Part shown: positions 49,352 through 59,011 of the stretch, one piece after another
Layout: every line of letters begins with the position of its first letter
Position numbering within the stretch: the stretch's first letter is position 1
IMG/VR virus record: IMGVR_UViG_3300028048_000071
Span: 68,933 to 132,932 of that record
DNA: 64,000 nt
From: a virus
Taxonomy: Duplodnaviria; Caudoviricetes
Reading direction: 5' to 3' (one strand)
The notes under the pieces: model-generated
What the model saw: the letters and a program-made list of their open reading frames with translations, nothing else
What the model was told of the DNA's origin: nothing
The model's database searches: none
Program-made: the position numbers and the translations under genes

Positions 49352-49525
49352 ATCTTTCACCTTTCTTTCTTCACCCTTATTAACTCTTTAATAGAGACAA
49401 CAGGGGTTAATTATCTCTATTAAACAGCCAATAAAGGCTGTATATATATTCATACGTTGAACTTCAATATCAGAGATATTTACTTTTAACCACTAAAGTT
49501 AATCTTCCGTATAAATCAAACTTAA

Positions 49526-49601
49526 TGGCGGGACGTAGGGGTAACGCTCCCCTCATCTTCTGCGTGACAGGCAGACGTGTTAACTTCTCCACCAACGACC
49601 C
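49526..49601 (-). tRNA. tRNA-Asp(GUC) with atypical T loop
   Basis: TCTGC-CTGTCAC-GCAGA; T loop AGCGTTA. Confidence 0.8.
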
Positions 49602-49602
49602 G

Positions 49603-49676
49603 TGGCAGGGGCTGAGAGAATCGAACTCCCATTAATGGTTTTGGAGACCATTGTGCGACCATTACACCAAGCCCCT
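49603..49676 (-). tRNA. tRNA-Trp(CCA)
   Basis: ATGGT-CTCCAAA-ACCAT. Confidence 0.92.
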
Positions 49677-49922
49677 AGGAAGAGGTACCTCTTGCAAAGT
49701 GTAAAGAGGTGATTGAATGATTAAGAGCAATAAGCAGCTTAAAATTTATTCCTACTAAAATTCCTCGCTTAATCCATCTTTTGTGTCTCAAATTGTATGA
49801 TGGAACTTACCTATTGAATGAGCGTATTCTTGTGCTATACCTGCTTAAGCCAGTAATTGTATAGACCACACGGTAGGACTCTTTTGCCTGACTACGCTTC
49901 CTATCTTTATCATTGTATACCA

Positions 49923-49951
49923 ATTATATCATAGTTTCTTTAATTTGTCAA
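49923..49951 (-). promoter_or_regulatory. SigmaA-type promoter heading the tRNA cluster
   Basis: TTGACA-N17-TATAAT with TG. Confidence 0.85.
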
Positions 49952-49958
49952 GAATATT

Positions 49959-51260
49959 TTACCAATTTTTAAGTGTTTCTGCTATTTTTTTAGCGGTTTC
50001 ATCGTCTAAAAGACCATTTTCTAGTTTAATATTAATATTGATAGCCTCTAATCCAGTAATTAAATGCTCTAAAGTTTCAATTGTTGTATTATGTTTTGCA
50101 TATTTTAAGACGTCTATAAATTGGTCAATACAATTAGTAACATCTTCATAATTATCAAATCCAAAATCAAATAATGAATTTTCTAATTCTTCTTTCAATT
50201 TAAATTGTTCTTTACCTAAATTATTTAAACAATCTTCACAAGCCCATTTTTCATTTTGTAATTCTTTATAATTGGTTTCTTTACCACATTGACAACAATG
50301 ATGAACTTCTGGAAATAAATCATCTTCGTCTATATCCATTTTTATAATTGATTCTAAGCACTCATCCAGCATTTGAGCACATTCTTCTGGAGAAATAAAT
50401 CTATTAGCTTCTGGGTCTCTTCTGCTATGTTTATACCATCTAACTTTATAATCTCTCCATTTAAAATTATATTTTTGGTCATATTCTTCATCCCAGCTAT
50501 ATGCTTCTACTTCAAATACATCATTTTTAAATTCATTACCAGTATTATCAAATGGACTATCAAATTCTTCTTGGTTTATATTCCACATAACCCTAGATAA
50601 TTCTTCATCTATTTGTCTAAAAGCTGCTTGAACATAATTAGGAACTTCTTCTCCAAAAGATTCTTCATCCTCATCATCAATAGTAAGAATTTCAATGTTA
50701 TCAAAATTACCATTTTTTATTGATTCAGAAAAATCAATTTTTGGTTCAAAAGTTTCAAAATCATATAAATCATTATTTTCTTGTTTAAATTCTTCTTCAT
50801 TTATATCTTTTGAAATATCTATAAAAGTAAATTTTTCTTTGACATCAGTATGTTGATATTTATTCTCCCATTCCGAAGCACCATCTTCCCAAGGTACTCC
50901 TATATATAAATGAGTATTATCTGTAAAATTTAAATCAAAATGAGTAATATCTTGTCCTTTAATTCTATCCTTTAGTAATTGACAATCATTAAACATTTCT
51001 TCCCAGCAACTATGTGTATTCATTCCTTTTTCATTTAACATTAATGATATATAATCTGTATAAAACCAATCTGATAATGCTCCTGGCTCTTCCCATTTAG
51101 ATAATCCATTAACGTGTATTGTTAAAGAACTTGAAATTTCTCCTATAGACATTCTATTTATTCCATCTGCAGGAACAGTATAAACCTCACAATTTTCAAA
51201 TACAATATCTAAACTTTCTAGTTTTTTATCAGCAAAAGGGCTAATACTTTTTCTATCCAT
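49959..51260 (-). CDS. Hypothetical acidic multidomain protein
   Basis: 433 aa ORF with SD; CCQC...CEDC. Confidence 0.7.
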   Translation of the reverse strand: MDRKSISPFADKKLESLDIVFENCEVYTVPADGINRMSIGEISSSLTIHVNGLSKWEEPGALSDWFYTDYISLMLNEKGMNTHSCWEEMFNDCQLLKDRIKGQDITHFDLNFTDNTHLYIGVPWEDGASEWENKYQHTDVKEKFTFIDISKDINEEEFKQENNDLYDFETFEPKIDFSESIKNGNFDNIEILTIDDEDEESFGEEVPNYVQAAFRQIDEELSRVMWNINQEEFDSPFDNTGNEFKNDVFEVEAYSWDEEYDQKYNFKWRDYKVRWYKHSRRDPEANRFISPEECAQMLDECLESIIKMDIDEDDLFPEVHHCCQCGKETNYKELQNEKWACEDCLNNLGKEQFKLKEELENSLFDFGFDNYEDVTNCIDQFIDVLKYAKHNTTIETLEHLITGLEAININIKLENGLLDDETAKKIAETLKNW

Positions 51261-51278
51261 AATTATTTGTCTCCTCCT

Positions 51279-52247
51279 TTATTCTCTATAAGCATCTGCT
51301 TTCATTAAAATTTCTAATTTAGAATATAATTCATCACCAAGTAATTCTTTAGTTTTTTCTAAATTTCCTATAAACTTATCCATATGATGATAAATTAAAG
51401 TAGCAATTTCTAAAACATTGTCTGAAAATTTCTTTAAATTTACCATATTTTTATCTTCTATTCCTCTATAAAGATGAGTCTCTTTATTATAAATATAAAT
51501 GTCAAAGTCATAAGTTGAATATAATAAATATAAATAAGCAGACATTCTATGATGTTCATAATAAGTATACTTTTGTTTATCCTCATTCCACTCTCTTGAA
51601 TAAGGTTTACCTATGTCGTGAAAACGTCCAGCTTCATATAAATTTTCATCTTGACTATATTGAAATGCCATTTGAGCTGTTAATAATAAATGGTCTTGAA
51701 CTGTAGCATTATGATGCTCATTTTGTTGGTCATAATCTTTACCTATTTCTAAAAACCAATCTATCATTTCCCTACCATTATATCTTTTGTCGGTGTTTAT
51801 ATAATAAATATTATTATATCCTTCATATTTCATAGGGATGTCCATAGTTCTAAACATTTGAAATAATTTATCTTCAGGAATATGTCTCTCAAATCTAATA
51901 AAATTTCTCTCAAATATAGTTCCTATTGGACATAAACACAAAATAGCATCAATATTAGCATATTTATTCATTTCATTAATTAAAGCCATACGTCTTTTTT
52001 TACTTAAATTAGTAGCATTATAAATAACATTAAATCCTTTAGATAAATATTCTTTACATCTTTTATTCATTTCTTCAAAGACACGACCATTTTTACTTTG
52101 GTCTTCCCATCCAAATAATTCCATTCTAATATTATCACTACTTAAAATAACATTTCTTCTTAATCTATCTACAGCTTGTATTTGTTTTGCTATAGTGTCT
52201 TTCCCAGAACCTGGTAATCCTATCATTATATATAAGTTAGGTTTCAT
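51279..52247 (-). CDS. Polynucleotide kinase (P-loop) + HD domain
   Basis: IGLPGSGK, LSSDNIR, NATNL..KRR; HH...H, FHDIGKP, HM, AD. Confidence 0.85.
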   Translation of the reverse strand: MKPNLYIMIGLPGSGKDTIAKQIQAVDRLRRNVILSSDNIRMELFGWEDQSKNGRVFEEMNKRCKEYLSKGFNVIYNATNLSKKRRMALINEMNKYANIDAILCLCPIGTIFERNFIRFERHIPEDKLFQMFRTMDIPMKYEGYNNIYYINTDKRYNGREMIDWFLEIGKDYDQQNEHHNATVQDHLLLTAQMAFQYSQDENLYEAGRFHDIGKPYSREWNEDKQKYTYYEHHRMSAYLYLLYSTYDFDIYIYNKETHLYRGIEDKNMVNLKKFSDNVLEIATLIYHHMDKFIGNLEKTKELLGDELYSKLEILMKADAYRE

Positions 52248-52513
52248 TTCTTTTCCTCCTTATATTTCTTTTTAGTAGTAAAATAAAATTCTTCTTCCAT
52301 ATTTAAAGAATCATCTATTATAACTTCAATAGTTCCTCTATAATAATAGTGAATCCCATCTTTTTCATTATTATATAATAAGTTATTAGATGTGTCTAAT
52401 ATCAATTTTGTTTTATTACATACTACCGCTATCGTCTTATCTCCATATTCCTTTATTGCTTTATTTAGCTCTATATCAAATATGGAGAGATAGTCTTTAT
52501 CTGCGATATTCAT
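52244..52513 (-). CDS. Hypothetical protein
   Basis: ORF in operon. Confidence 0.55.
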   Translation of the reverse strand: MNIADKDYLSIFDIELNKAIKEYGDKTIAVVCNKTKLILDTSNNLLYNNEKDGIHYYYRGTIEVIIDDSLNMEEEFYFTTKKKYKEEKK

Positions 52514-52826
52514 TATCATCTACACTCATTTCACAAGTTAATTCACTTTTAACTCTATCTAATTCAATTAAAGCCATAATAGAATAGTTAGCTAAATCTA
52601 ATAATGTATCTTCTATTTTTTCATCTTTAACTTGTTGTTCAGTAGATGATTTTTTTGTTAGAGTAGAAACCCTATTTAATTTATCTTCAATTCTAACAAG
52701 AAATGATACCAATCCATATTCATCAAATGTTTTACCAGCAGAATCACCATAATCACTCTGTTTACGCTGATATAAATCTAACATTTCATCTACAATTTCT
52801 TTAAATTTATCTACTTTATTATACAT
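52497..52826 (-). CDS. DUF1599 / nucleotide-modification-associated protein
   Basis: K.SDYGDS, RIEDKLNR, EDTLLDLANYS. Confidence 0.8.
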   Translation of the reverse strand: MYNKVDKFKEIVDEMLDLYQRKQSDYGDSAGKTFDEYGLVSFLVRIEDKLNRVSTLTKKSSTEQQVKDEKIEDTLLDLANYSIMALIELDRVKSELTCEMSVDDNEYRR

Positions 52827-53353
52827 TATTTTTCCTCCTTATATTTCCATTTATATCCTCCCGATTGACTATATCTGCCGGCACAGCAATTAGAAATTCC
52901 ACTACTACGGATTCCTAATTCTTTAACTGCAGATGTAATACAAGGATATTCCTTAATAAAATTACCTTCTAAATCATATTGAAAAATAGGTCTTAACATC
53001 GCACTATTTTGACTGATTAATTTATTTCTATTTCCATAATTAGAATTATATTTTTTATCACACCATTCAAGATTTAAATAAAAATTATTTCCTTTGTTCT
53101 CATCTATATGGTTGATTTCTGTATAATGATTTGGATTTGGAATAAAAGCTTCTGCGACTAAATCGTGGACATATTTAGAATATTTAATTCCATTTTTAAA
53201 TAAATATGTTCTTATATAACCATTATTATTAGTTAGAGTTAATAATTTAGTTTTGTTAGAATGATTCCATTTTAAACTTTTAATTTTACCATAATTACTA
53301 ACTTGATATAATCCTTCAAAGCCTTTTATATCTTTCCAAATTTCATTAATCAT
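52826..53353 (-). CDS. NUMOD4/HNH/NUMOD1 homing endonuclease
   Basis: EIWKDIKGFEGLYQVSN.G, INHIDENK.NN..NLEW, GGYKWKY. Confidence 0.9.
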   Translation of the reverse strand: MINEIWKDIKGFEGLYQVSNYGKIKSLKWNHSNKTKLLTLTNNNGYIRTYLFKNGIKYSKYVHDLVAEAFIPNPNHYTEINHIDENKGNNFYLNLEWCDKKYNSNYGNRNKLISQNSAMLRPIFQYDLEGNFIKEYPCITSAVKELGIRSSGISNCCAGRYSQSGGYKWKYKEEK

Positions 53354-55944
53354 TATCTATATTCCCTCCAGAAACAGTTTCTATATAGGCTTTGTTTGCC
53401 CAATCATTAAAGTCTTTTCTTGTTGGAGCTTCTTCACATCCCAAATATGCCATTGCGGCATAATGAAACAAAGTATTTACAATAGTATAATAATCTCCAT
53501 CAAAAATTTCCTTTTTTATTAATATTTTCTTTGGATTTCCTTCTTCATTCAGTTTAATTAATCCTTTTATTTTTATAGTAAATTCATCATCATAGTCATT
53601 GTTAAATAAATTAAACATAAAACCTCCTATGATAAAGCATAACTTTTATAGTCAGCCTCTTCTAATTTCCTGCCTTGTTGAACAGATTCTGATGGTAATA
53701 ATTCAGGAAATTTATTTTGAAGTTTTGGTCTAGTTCTTCTTACACTTTCAAAATAAGGTAATCCATATTCTTTGTGATTTAACATAATATCTCTGAAATT
53801 AAAATCATCAATATTAGGTAAAAATTCTTTATAAACTTCATAAACTAATACAAAATCATCTTCTCTAGTATAAGGTTTTTCAGTTAAAACCTTTTTGACT
53901 ATTGGTTCCACTTTTGCACATTTACTCATAATTATTTGTTTCCTCCTTATTATTCATAATATTCGTATTCGCCGTTATATTCAGTCACCATACTATAATA
54001 TAGTTCCCACATATCCTGGTTAATCATATTAATTCTAGCATTTTCTTCCATTAGATACCAATTGTTATATTTAACGTCGTGATTTTCTTTTTCAAGTTGA
54101 GTTATTTGAACTTTTAATTTTTCGTTTTCTTTATTTGTATTTATAACAAGGCATAACATAACTATTGTTGAAATTATTAAAATTAATACTCCTAACCACT
54201 TTAAATTCTTTTTGTTAAAAACCTTTTTCATCTTAATCTCCCATTGTTCTATCAAAATACTCTCTACATTCTTGGTCTTTCCAAGCTTCAGTAATTGAAA
54301 TATGGTCACAATTATATTCTTTTATTTTTTGATTTATAAAATTAATCAATATAGGAATTAAAATCATAAATAGTGCACCACATAAAATAGCAATTATAGT
54401 TCCAGCATTTTCTTTTATTCTATCTCCCATTTTTCCACACCTAAAGTCTTATATAAATATTCAGACTCCTTCTTTATCATATATTTTGTAATATTAAGTT
54501 TTTTACAAACATCTTGTATTCCCTTTAAAGGCAAATCTTTATCCGTAAAATGTATTCTAAGAATGTAATTTAAAAAATCATCAAATGTTTCACATTTTGC
54601 TAAAGATGTGACTGGTTCTTTTGTGAATAACCTACCTACAACAGTGTCGTAATCTTTTAAATCTTTTCTTGCATCGGTTAATTCTTTTCTTGCTTCTTTT
54701 TCATCTGCTTCAGATTCATTTGCTTTATTTTGCCAAAATAAATATTGATTGAATCCTTCTCCTTTTTCTTCAAGAATCGCTATATATTTATCTCTATATA
54801 GGTCTCTATCTGCCGTCATATCTTTTAAACTTTTTTTTGCAGCTTTAAACTTTTTCTTAGTCTGTCTTTTCTCCTCTCTATCATTTTCATTAAGTTCAGA
54901 ATCAATTATTTTTTCATTAATAAAATCCATTAATCCCATTCTATCTCCTCCTATCTTAATTAGATAATAGCATACTTATTTTTCTTTGTCAATATTTTTT
55001 TTAAAATTTTTAAATATTTTTAAATCTTCATCATTCATAATAATTTGCCAAAAAGATTTATCTTTAAACATAACAGTATAAATCATAGCCTTTTTATTAG
55101 TTCCTTGAAAAATAACTTCTTGTAATGGTAAAATATCATCTATATCATACATATCAACATATATTTTATGTCCATCTTTATTTAAAATAATATATTCTGC
55201 TCCTTCATTAATTGCCTTTTCTTCCTTTTTTTTCATAATTATTTATCCTCCTAAATTAAAAGAGACTTAATTGACCTGGGTGAACTTTAGGAGCTCTAGG
55301 CTTATATTCCTTTTTCTTTTTATAAGTAAGTCCATCGTCGGTTTTAAAGCCTCTCTGTGTTACAATTTCATCAATATAATCAAATACATCAACAATATAA
55401 TTAAACTCGTGTGATGCCTCTGTAAGTGCTTCATATTCAGTATATTCTAAATTATAATATTCACAAATAAAATTATCAAATTCACAAGCTTCATATTTAT
55501 CTTTAGACATATCCATATTTATTAAAGCTTCATAAATTTCTTTTTTACCTATCTTCTCCACGGTATTGCTCTCATCTCACTCTCTAAATATTTTTCACAT
55601 TTAGGACATAATAATCTACTAAAATCTTCCCACGGATATTTCTTTTTGCGACCGCATCTCTCACAAAAGCAACCTGGATTATTTTCATATTCCATAAATT
55701 TTCTTCTATTTCCATTTCCTTGAACTAAACCTCCACTTTGTTTATGTTCTATATCTTCATTTATACAATATGGTATATCTAAAATATACTTAGATAAATA
55801 TTTACCTATGCTTTTATTATAACTTGCAGTCCACATAACAGTAGAAATTTCTAAGTTCCTAAATACCCTAGAAGAACTTGAAGTGGAAGCCCTTCTAGGA
55901 ATAGCAAAATCAAAATTTTCTGTTAAATCTATATTAGATTTCAT
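53346..55944 (-). CDS. Run of eight small hypothetical genes (53346-53618, 53627-53929, 53950-54231, 54233-54430, 54415-54939, 54976-55236, 55256-55561, 55549-55944)
   Basis: Tightly packed co-oriented ORFs with SD sites; no recognisable motifs. Confidence 0.6.
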
Positions 55945-56681
55945 TTTCTTCTTAAAACAGATTTTATCTTTTTAAAGAATGATTTTTTAGGAACATTAAC
56001 AATTTTTAAATTGTCATCTAATCTGTTTAATTCCTTTCTTATATCATCTATATTTTTAGGAGTGCCAATTTCTTTAAGTTTATCTTTACCTGATTCCTTT
56101 AAGAACTTATCCATAGTTAAATCACAATATTCATCAACCCAATCTCCTAAAAAATAAAATCTATCACTCATAACAATTTCTTGTCTTGAAAAAGCATTAT
56201 CTTGTTCTGATTTCTTTTGAAAACTTCCAAATAAAATAGGGTCTTTATCTCTACGTTCTTTAGAAACTTGTTTTTCAACTTCTCCAGTATAATCTGTGAA
56301 AACGACATAAAATTGGTCAAAAATATCTTTTGTTTTAGAAATAATATCTACTATTTCATCTGGAATTTCACGAGGATAATTTTCTAATTCTATAATTTTA
56401 ACAACATCTTTAGAAATATTATCTATATATTCTTCTATATCTTCTCTATAAACAAAAGAATTTATTCCTAATTTAACAGCCTCACGTTCTTTTTCTACAC
56501 AATCAACTAGAAATCTTAATTTTTGAATTACTCTTTTTTGACCTGTTATTTTATATTTTTCTACAAGAGTTAAGCATCCTTGATAAAACTCCACTAATTC
56601 TTCATCTGTAATATTTTGGATTTTATCTTTTAAATTATTGAAATATTCAGAAGGATTTAATTCTTCATTCTTTTTAGCCAT
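55941..56681 (-). CDS. Conserved hypothetical phage protein
   Basis: YPREIPDE, DPILFG, FYFLGDWVDEYCDLT. Confidence 0.7.
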   Translation of the reverse strand: MAKKNEELNPSEYFNNLKDKIQNITDEELVEFYQGCLTLVEKYKITGQKRVIQKLRFLVDCVEKEREAVKLGINSFVYREDIEEYIDNISKDVVKIIELENYPREIPDEIVDIISKTKDIFDQFYVVFTDYTGEVEKQVSKERRDKDPILFGSFQKKSEQDNAFSRQEIVMSDRFYFLGDWVDEYCDLTMDKFLKESGKDKLKEIGTPKNIDDIRKELNRLDDNLKIVNVPKKSFFKKIKSVLRRK

Positions 56682-57318
56682 TATAATCACCTTTCTTTTT
56701 TAAAGTTAATTTTTTAACTCTTTGATTATCATAATAATCATATCTCGCCATAACATCACTTTGTTCTTCTATTGGCATATCTTTAAATGTATTATTATAA
56801 TATTGACAATTTCCAAATGGTTCAACACAGCCACCACAACGAACACATTGAGGAACTAAAGACCAAGCAATATCTTCATCATATTTTCTTATTTCTTCTA
56901 CTAATGCCTCCATATATTCTCTTGTTGTAGGGTCTGCACACATACAAAGACGTTTTTCTGCAATATTCATAAGTCCTTGAATATTCCCATCCATTTCCAT
57001 AGGTACATAATTCATTTGACTTCTTTCAGAACGGTCTTTAACTTCTGTTCTATCAGCCCTTTCAGTGCCAACAAACTTTTCTACTCCTTCGTGATGTCTA
57101 GCAAAATGTGTTGAAATGGCATAAGGAATTTTATCCCATTTCCAACTTATTATACCTCTTCTAATAGGAGAGTGTCTACAAATTAATAATTTCCTTTTCC
57201 ATTCTTTGTTAGGTTCTTTGCCAGCTTGTTTAGAAATAGTTGTCATACAAGCAGATTTTATAGCCATCCAATCAACATTAAAATTAGTGATTTTTGTAGT
57301 GGTATCATATTTCTTCAT
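56674..57318 (-). CDS. thyX: FAD-dependent thymidylate synthase-like protein
   Basis: HSPIR, ISTHFARH, KRLC.CA...TRE; start after GAGG SD. Confidence 0.7.
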   Translation of the reverse strand: MKKYDTTTKITNFNVDWMAIKSACMTTISKQAGKEPNKEWKRKLLICRHSPIRRGIISWKWDKIPYAISTHFARHHEGVEKFVGTERADRTEVKDRSERSQMNYVPMEMDGNIQGLMNIAEKRLCMCADPTTREYMEALVEEIRKYDEDIAWSLVPQCVRCGGCVEPFGNCQYYNNTFKDMPIEEQSDVMARYDYYDNQRVKKLTLKKKGDYNG

Positions 57319-57970
57319 TTTTATCATCCTCTTCTTCATAATAATCAAAAAAATTATCTTTAGGTTCAACTTTTAATCTTTCTATTCCTTTTTGTTCAGC
57401 CCTTTGTTCTTCTTCAGTGAAATAAGTCATTTTATCTAAATCCCATATACCTAAGATGGCGGAATTATAAACCCTTTCTCTTTCTTCTAAATCTTCTATT
57501 GATAGTGAATTATTAATCAAATAATCTATATCTAAATCAAACCATTCAGCCAAATCTTTATCATAATATTTTGGTTTATATGTTTTAATATCTTTTATTC
57601 CATTTTTTAAACCTCTAATTTTTCTTTGAGCATATAACCAACTATTATACCAATAGTCATCTCTTCCTTCCCAAAATAAATTTAAATTTGGTTCAGATTT
57701 TTCTTGACTATAACCATATTCTCCTGGCAATGCACATATTTGACTAAATTTTTCTGGGTGCCCATTTTTATCTAAAACATCTAAAAAGCATTTTAATCTA
57801 TAAGAAAGTAATTTATTTGCTTTTATTTCTCCAGCCCAATTATGTTCTAAACATCTAATTTGGTCTATTAAGTCATCTTTAGACATTGATTTTAAAGTAG
57901 TATCTTTATATGGTTTGTAACCTTGAGTTGCTAAAGCATCTTCATTTCCGGCATCATATATAGTTTTCAT
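57305..57970 (-). CDS. Hypothetical protein
   Basis: AGGAGG SD. Confidence 0.65.
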   Translation of the reverse strand: MKTIYDAGNEDALATQGYKPYKDTTLKSMSKDDLIDQIRCLEHNWAGEIKANKLLSYRLKCFLDVLDKNGHPEKFSQICALPGEYGYSQEKSEPNLNLFWEGRDDYWYNSWLYAQRKIRGLKNGIKDIKTYKPKYYDKDLAEWFDLDIDYLINNSLSIEDLEERERVYNSAILGIWDLDKMTYFTEEEQRAEQKGIERLKVEPKDNFFDYYEEEDDKNEEI

Positions 57971-57979
57971 ATTAACCTC

Positions 57980-58522
57980 CTAATCCTTATAATATTCCCA
58001 AGATAATCCTTTAGTTAAACACCCTTTATTGCAAGAACGAGCAATCCACGAATGGTCAATTCCTGTTTGTCTCTCTGCCTCTAAAGCTGATGGATAAATT
58101 TTATTTGTTGTGAGGCATTTAACTGGTCTGGAAGTATGCTTATTTAAACCTAGAACGTCGCATTTATGTTTTTGATTTTCTTGTCTAGTGACCCATTCAA
58201 GATTTAAATAGGAATTATTTTCTTTATTTCCGTCTTTGTGATTGACTTCTGGTTTATTATCTATGTTTGGTATAAAAGCTTCTGCTACCAATCTATGTAT
58301 TCTATAAGTATGCCTATAATTTATATTACTTAATCCTATTACCATATACCCTTTATTTTTATGAGGAGACATTATTAATTCTCTGTAATAATATTTCTCT
58401 TTATTTTGATTTCTAGGTCTTTTTACAAAGTATAAAGATTTAATTCTACCATCCGATGAAACCATATATTGGTCTTTTCTTAGTTCTGGAATAAAGTCTA
58501 TCATTCTCCATATTTCTTTCAT
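57980..58522 (-). CDS. NUMOD4/HNH homing endonuclease
   Basis: IHRLVAEAFIPN, VNHKDGNKENN..NLEWVT..EN. Confidence 0.9.
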   Translation of the reverse strand: MKEIWRMIDFIPELRKDQYMVSSDGRIKSLYFVKRPRNQNKEKYYYRELIMSPHKNKGYMVIGLSNINYRHTYRIHRLVAEAFIPNIDNKPEVNHKDGNKENNSYLNLEWVTRQENQKHKCDVLGLNKHTSRPVKCLTTNKIYPSALEAERQTGIDHSWIARSCNKGCLTKGLSWEYYKD

Positions 58523-58777
58523 TTACGACCAGCCCCAACATCCGCAGTAGTAATGGTCAAATTCTTTATTTGGTCTATATTCAAAAAATGGTAAATCCCA
58601 TCTGCTATCAGTAACTTTTCCACAGTAATCACATTTTGCTTTTCTTCCTTTTAAATTTGGCTTTTCTTCTACTATTTCAAAAGCTTCTATCCTTGGAGCA
58701 CAAATTAAACAACAAGGTTGCCCATCTTTGTACTCTGCATTGGCTGTATGTCCACACTTCATTAAAACATTATTCAT
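58523..58777 (-). CDS. Small Cys-rich protein
   Basis: KCGH, CLIC, CDYCG, YYCGCWGW. Confidence 0.65.
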   Translation of the reverse strand: MNNVLMKCGHTANAEYKDGQPCCLICAPRIEAFEIVEEKPNLKGRKAKCDYCGKVTDSRWDLPFFEYRPNKEFDHYYCGCWGWS

Positions 58778-58961
58778 AAAATCCTCCTTACATTACACTT
58801 ATAGCAGTTAAAAACGCTAAAAATACTACAAATGCTATTGCTCCTCCCATAAATAATAATAAAATAAATACGCCTAAATAATATAACCAATCTTCTTTTA
58901 ATTCTTTAAATAATTCTCTTAATTCTCTCACTCTTAAGCACCCTCTCTATCTTATGTATTA

Positions 58962-58990
58962 ATACTATCATAAAAATGTAAAAATGTCAA
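58962..58990 (-). promoter_or_regulatory. SigmaA-type promoter
   Basis: TTGACA-N17-TAGTAT with TG. Confidence 0.7.
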
Positions 58991-59011
58991 GATTAAACAA
59001 TAAAAAAAGAA

